Made by a program: the position numbers and the translations under genes. Under the pieces are notes generated by a model. That model did not search any database and was not told where the DNA came from. It saw only the letters and a list, made by a program, of their open reading frames with translations. 17,378 nucleotides of DNA, taken from positions 4,044 to 21,421 of the forward strand of contig CAZZXB010000043.1 in the NCBI GenBank assembly GCA_964658025.1. Direction: 5' to 3'. How positions within the stretch are numbered: the stretch's first letter is position 1; each line of letters opens with the position of its first letter. Of this stretch, positions 17,033-17,378 are shown one piece after another. This stretch comes from an uncultured Janthinobacterium sp. (GTDB lineage: Bacteria > Vulcanimicrobiota > Vulcanimicrobiia > Vulcanimicrobiales > Vulcanimicrobiaceae).

Positions 17033-17378
17033 GTGACCGGCGGCCCTTCACGCGGCTTACCACCGCGCATCTATCTCCCGATCCTGATCGTCGCGATGGT
17101 CGCCTTCCTCGGACTCATCGGCTATTTTTTACGGATCGGTCTCGGCGTGACGGGCGCGGCGCTCGGCCCGACGGCGCAACAGGGCGATTCGAACATCCGC
17201 GCGACGGGCGCGCCCGTCGCTGCGGCACCGACGGACGAGCCGGGGCAAGTCGAGATCCCGCAGAGCGGCGGTCCGAGCGGCGTCGGCGCCGGCCCGAACG
17301 GCGTCGGCGGCGGAACGCCCGTCGCCGCGGGGCCCGCGGGCGGCCCGCCCGCGCCCGTAATGCGTCTGCTCACCGAAC
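17033..17378 (+). CDS. Membrane-anchored hypothetical protein, N-terminal part (partial, runs off right edge)
   Basis: Manual translation from GTG 17033 is open to the window end: MTGGPSRGLPPRIYLPILIVAMVAFLGLIGYFLRIG...GGPPAPVMRLLTE. One TM helix, then a Gly/Pro linker. Not in the ORF track. Confidence 0.7.
   Translation, partial: MTGGPSRGLPPRIYLPILIVAMVAFLGLIGYFLRIGLGVTGAALGPTAQQGDSNIRATGAPVAAAPTDEPGQVEIPQSGGPSGVGAGPNGVGGGTPVAAGPAGGPPAPVMRLLTE

Overview
High-GC bacterial chromosomal window, mostly housekeeping genes. It is probably from a diderm, because it encodes a TonB-dependent-receptor-like protein. Left part, minus strand, in transcription order: PEGA-domain secreted protein, miaB, mutS, a TonB-dependent-receptor-like gene with an unusual C-terminal extension, an OmpR/MprA-like response regulator, a sensor kinase, and mutL (runs off the left edge and is missing from the ORF track). 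A small degenerate STAS-like gene lies on the plus strand between the receptor and the regulator. Right part, plus strand: der(engA)-plsY-efp-TauE/SafE permease-larE, then a convergent SprT-like metalloprotease and a partial membrane protein at the right edge. The most notable signal is the ~6 kb module between mutS and mutL. Its three predicted transcription units (regulator/kinase/mutL, STAS gene, receptor) each have heptad repeats resembling TTCTCAG at an 11-bp period, exactly 10 nt before a -10-like hexamer, which lies 7-9 nt before the start codon. This suggests an autoregulated, near-leaderless two-component regulon that may also drive mutL. No rRNA, tRNA, CRISPR or mobile element was seen.
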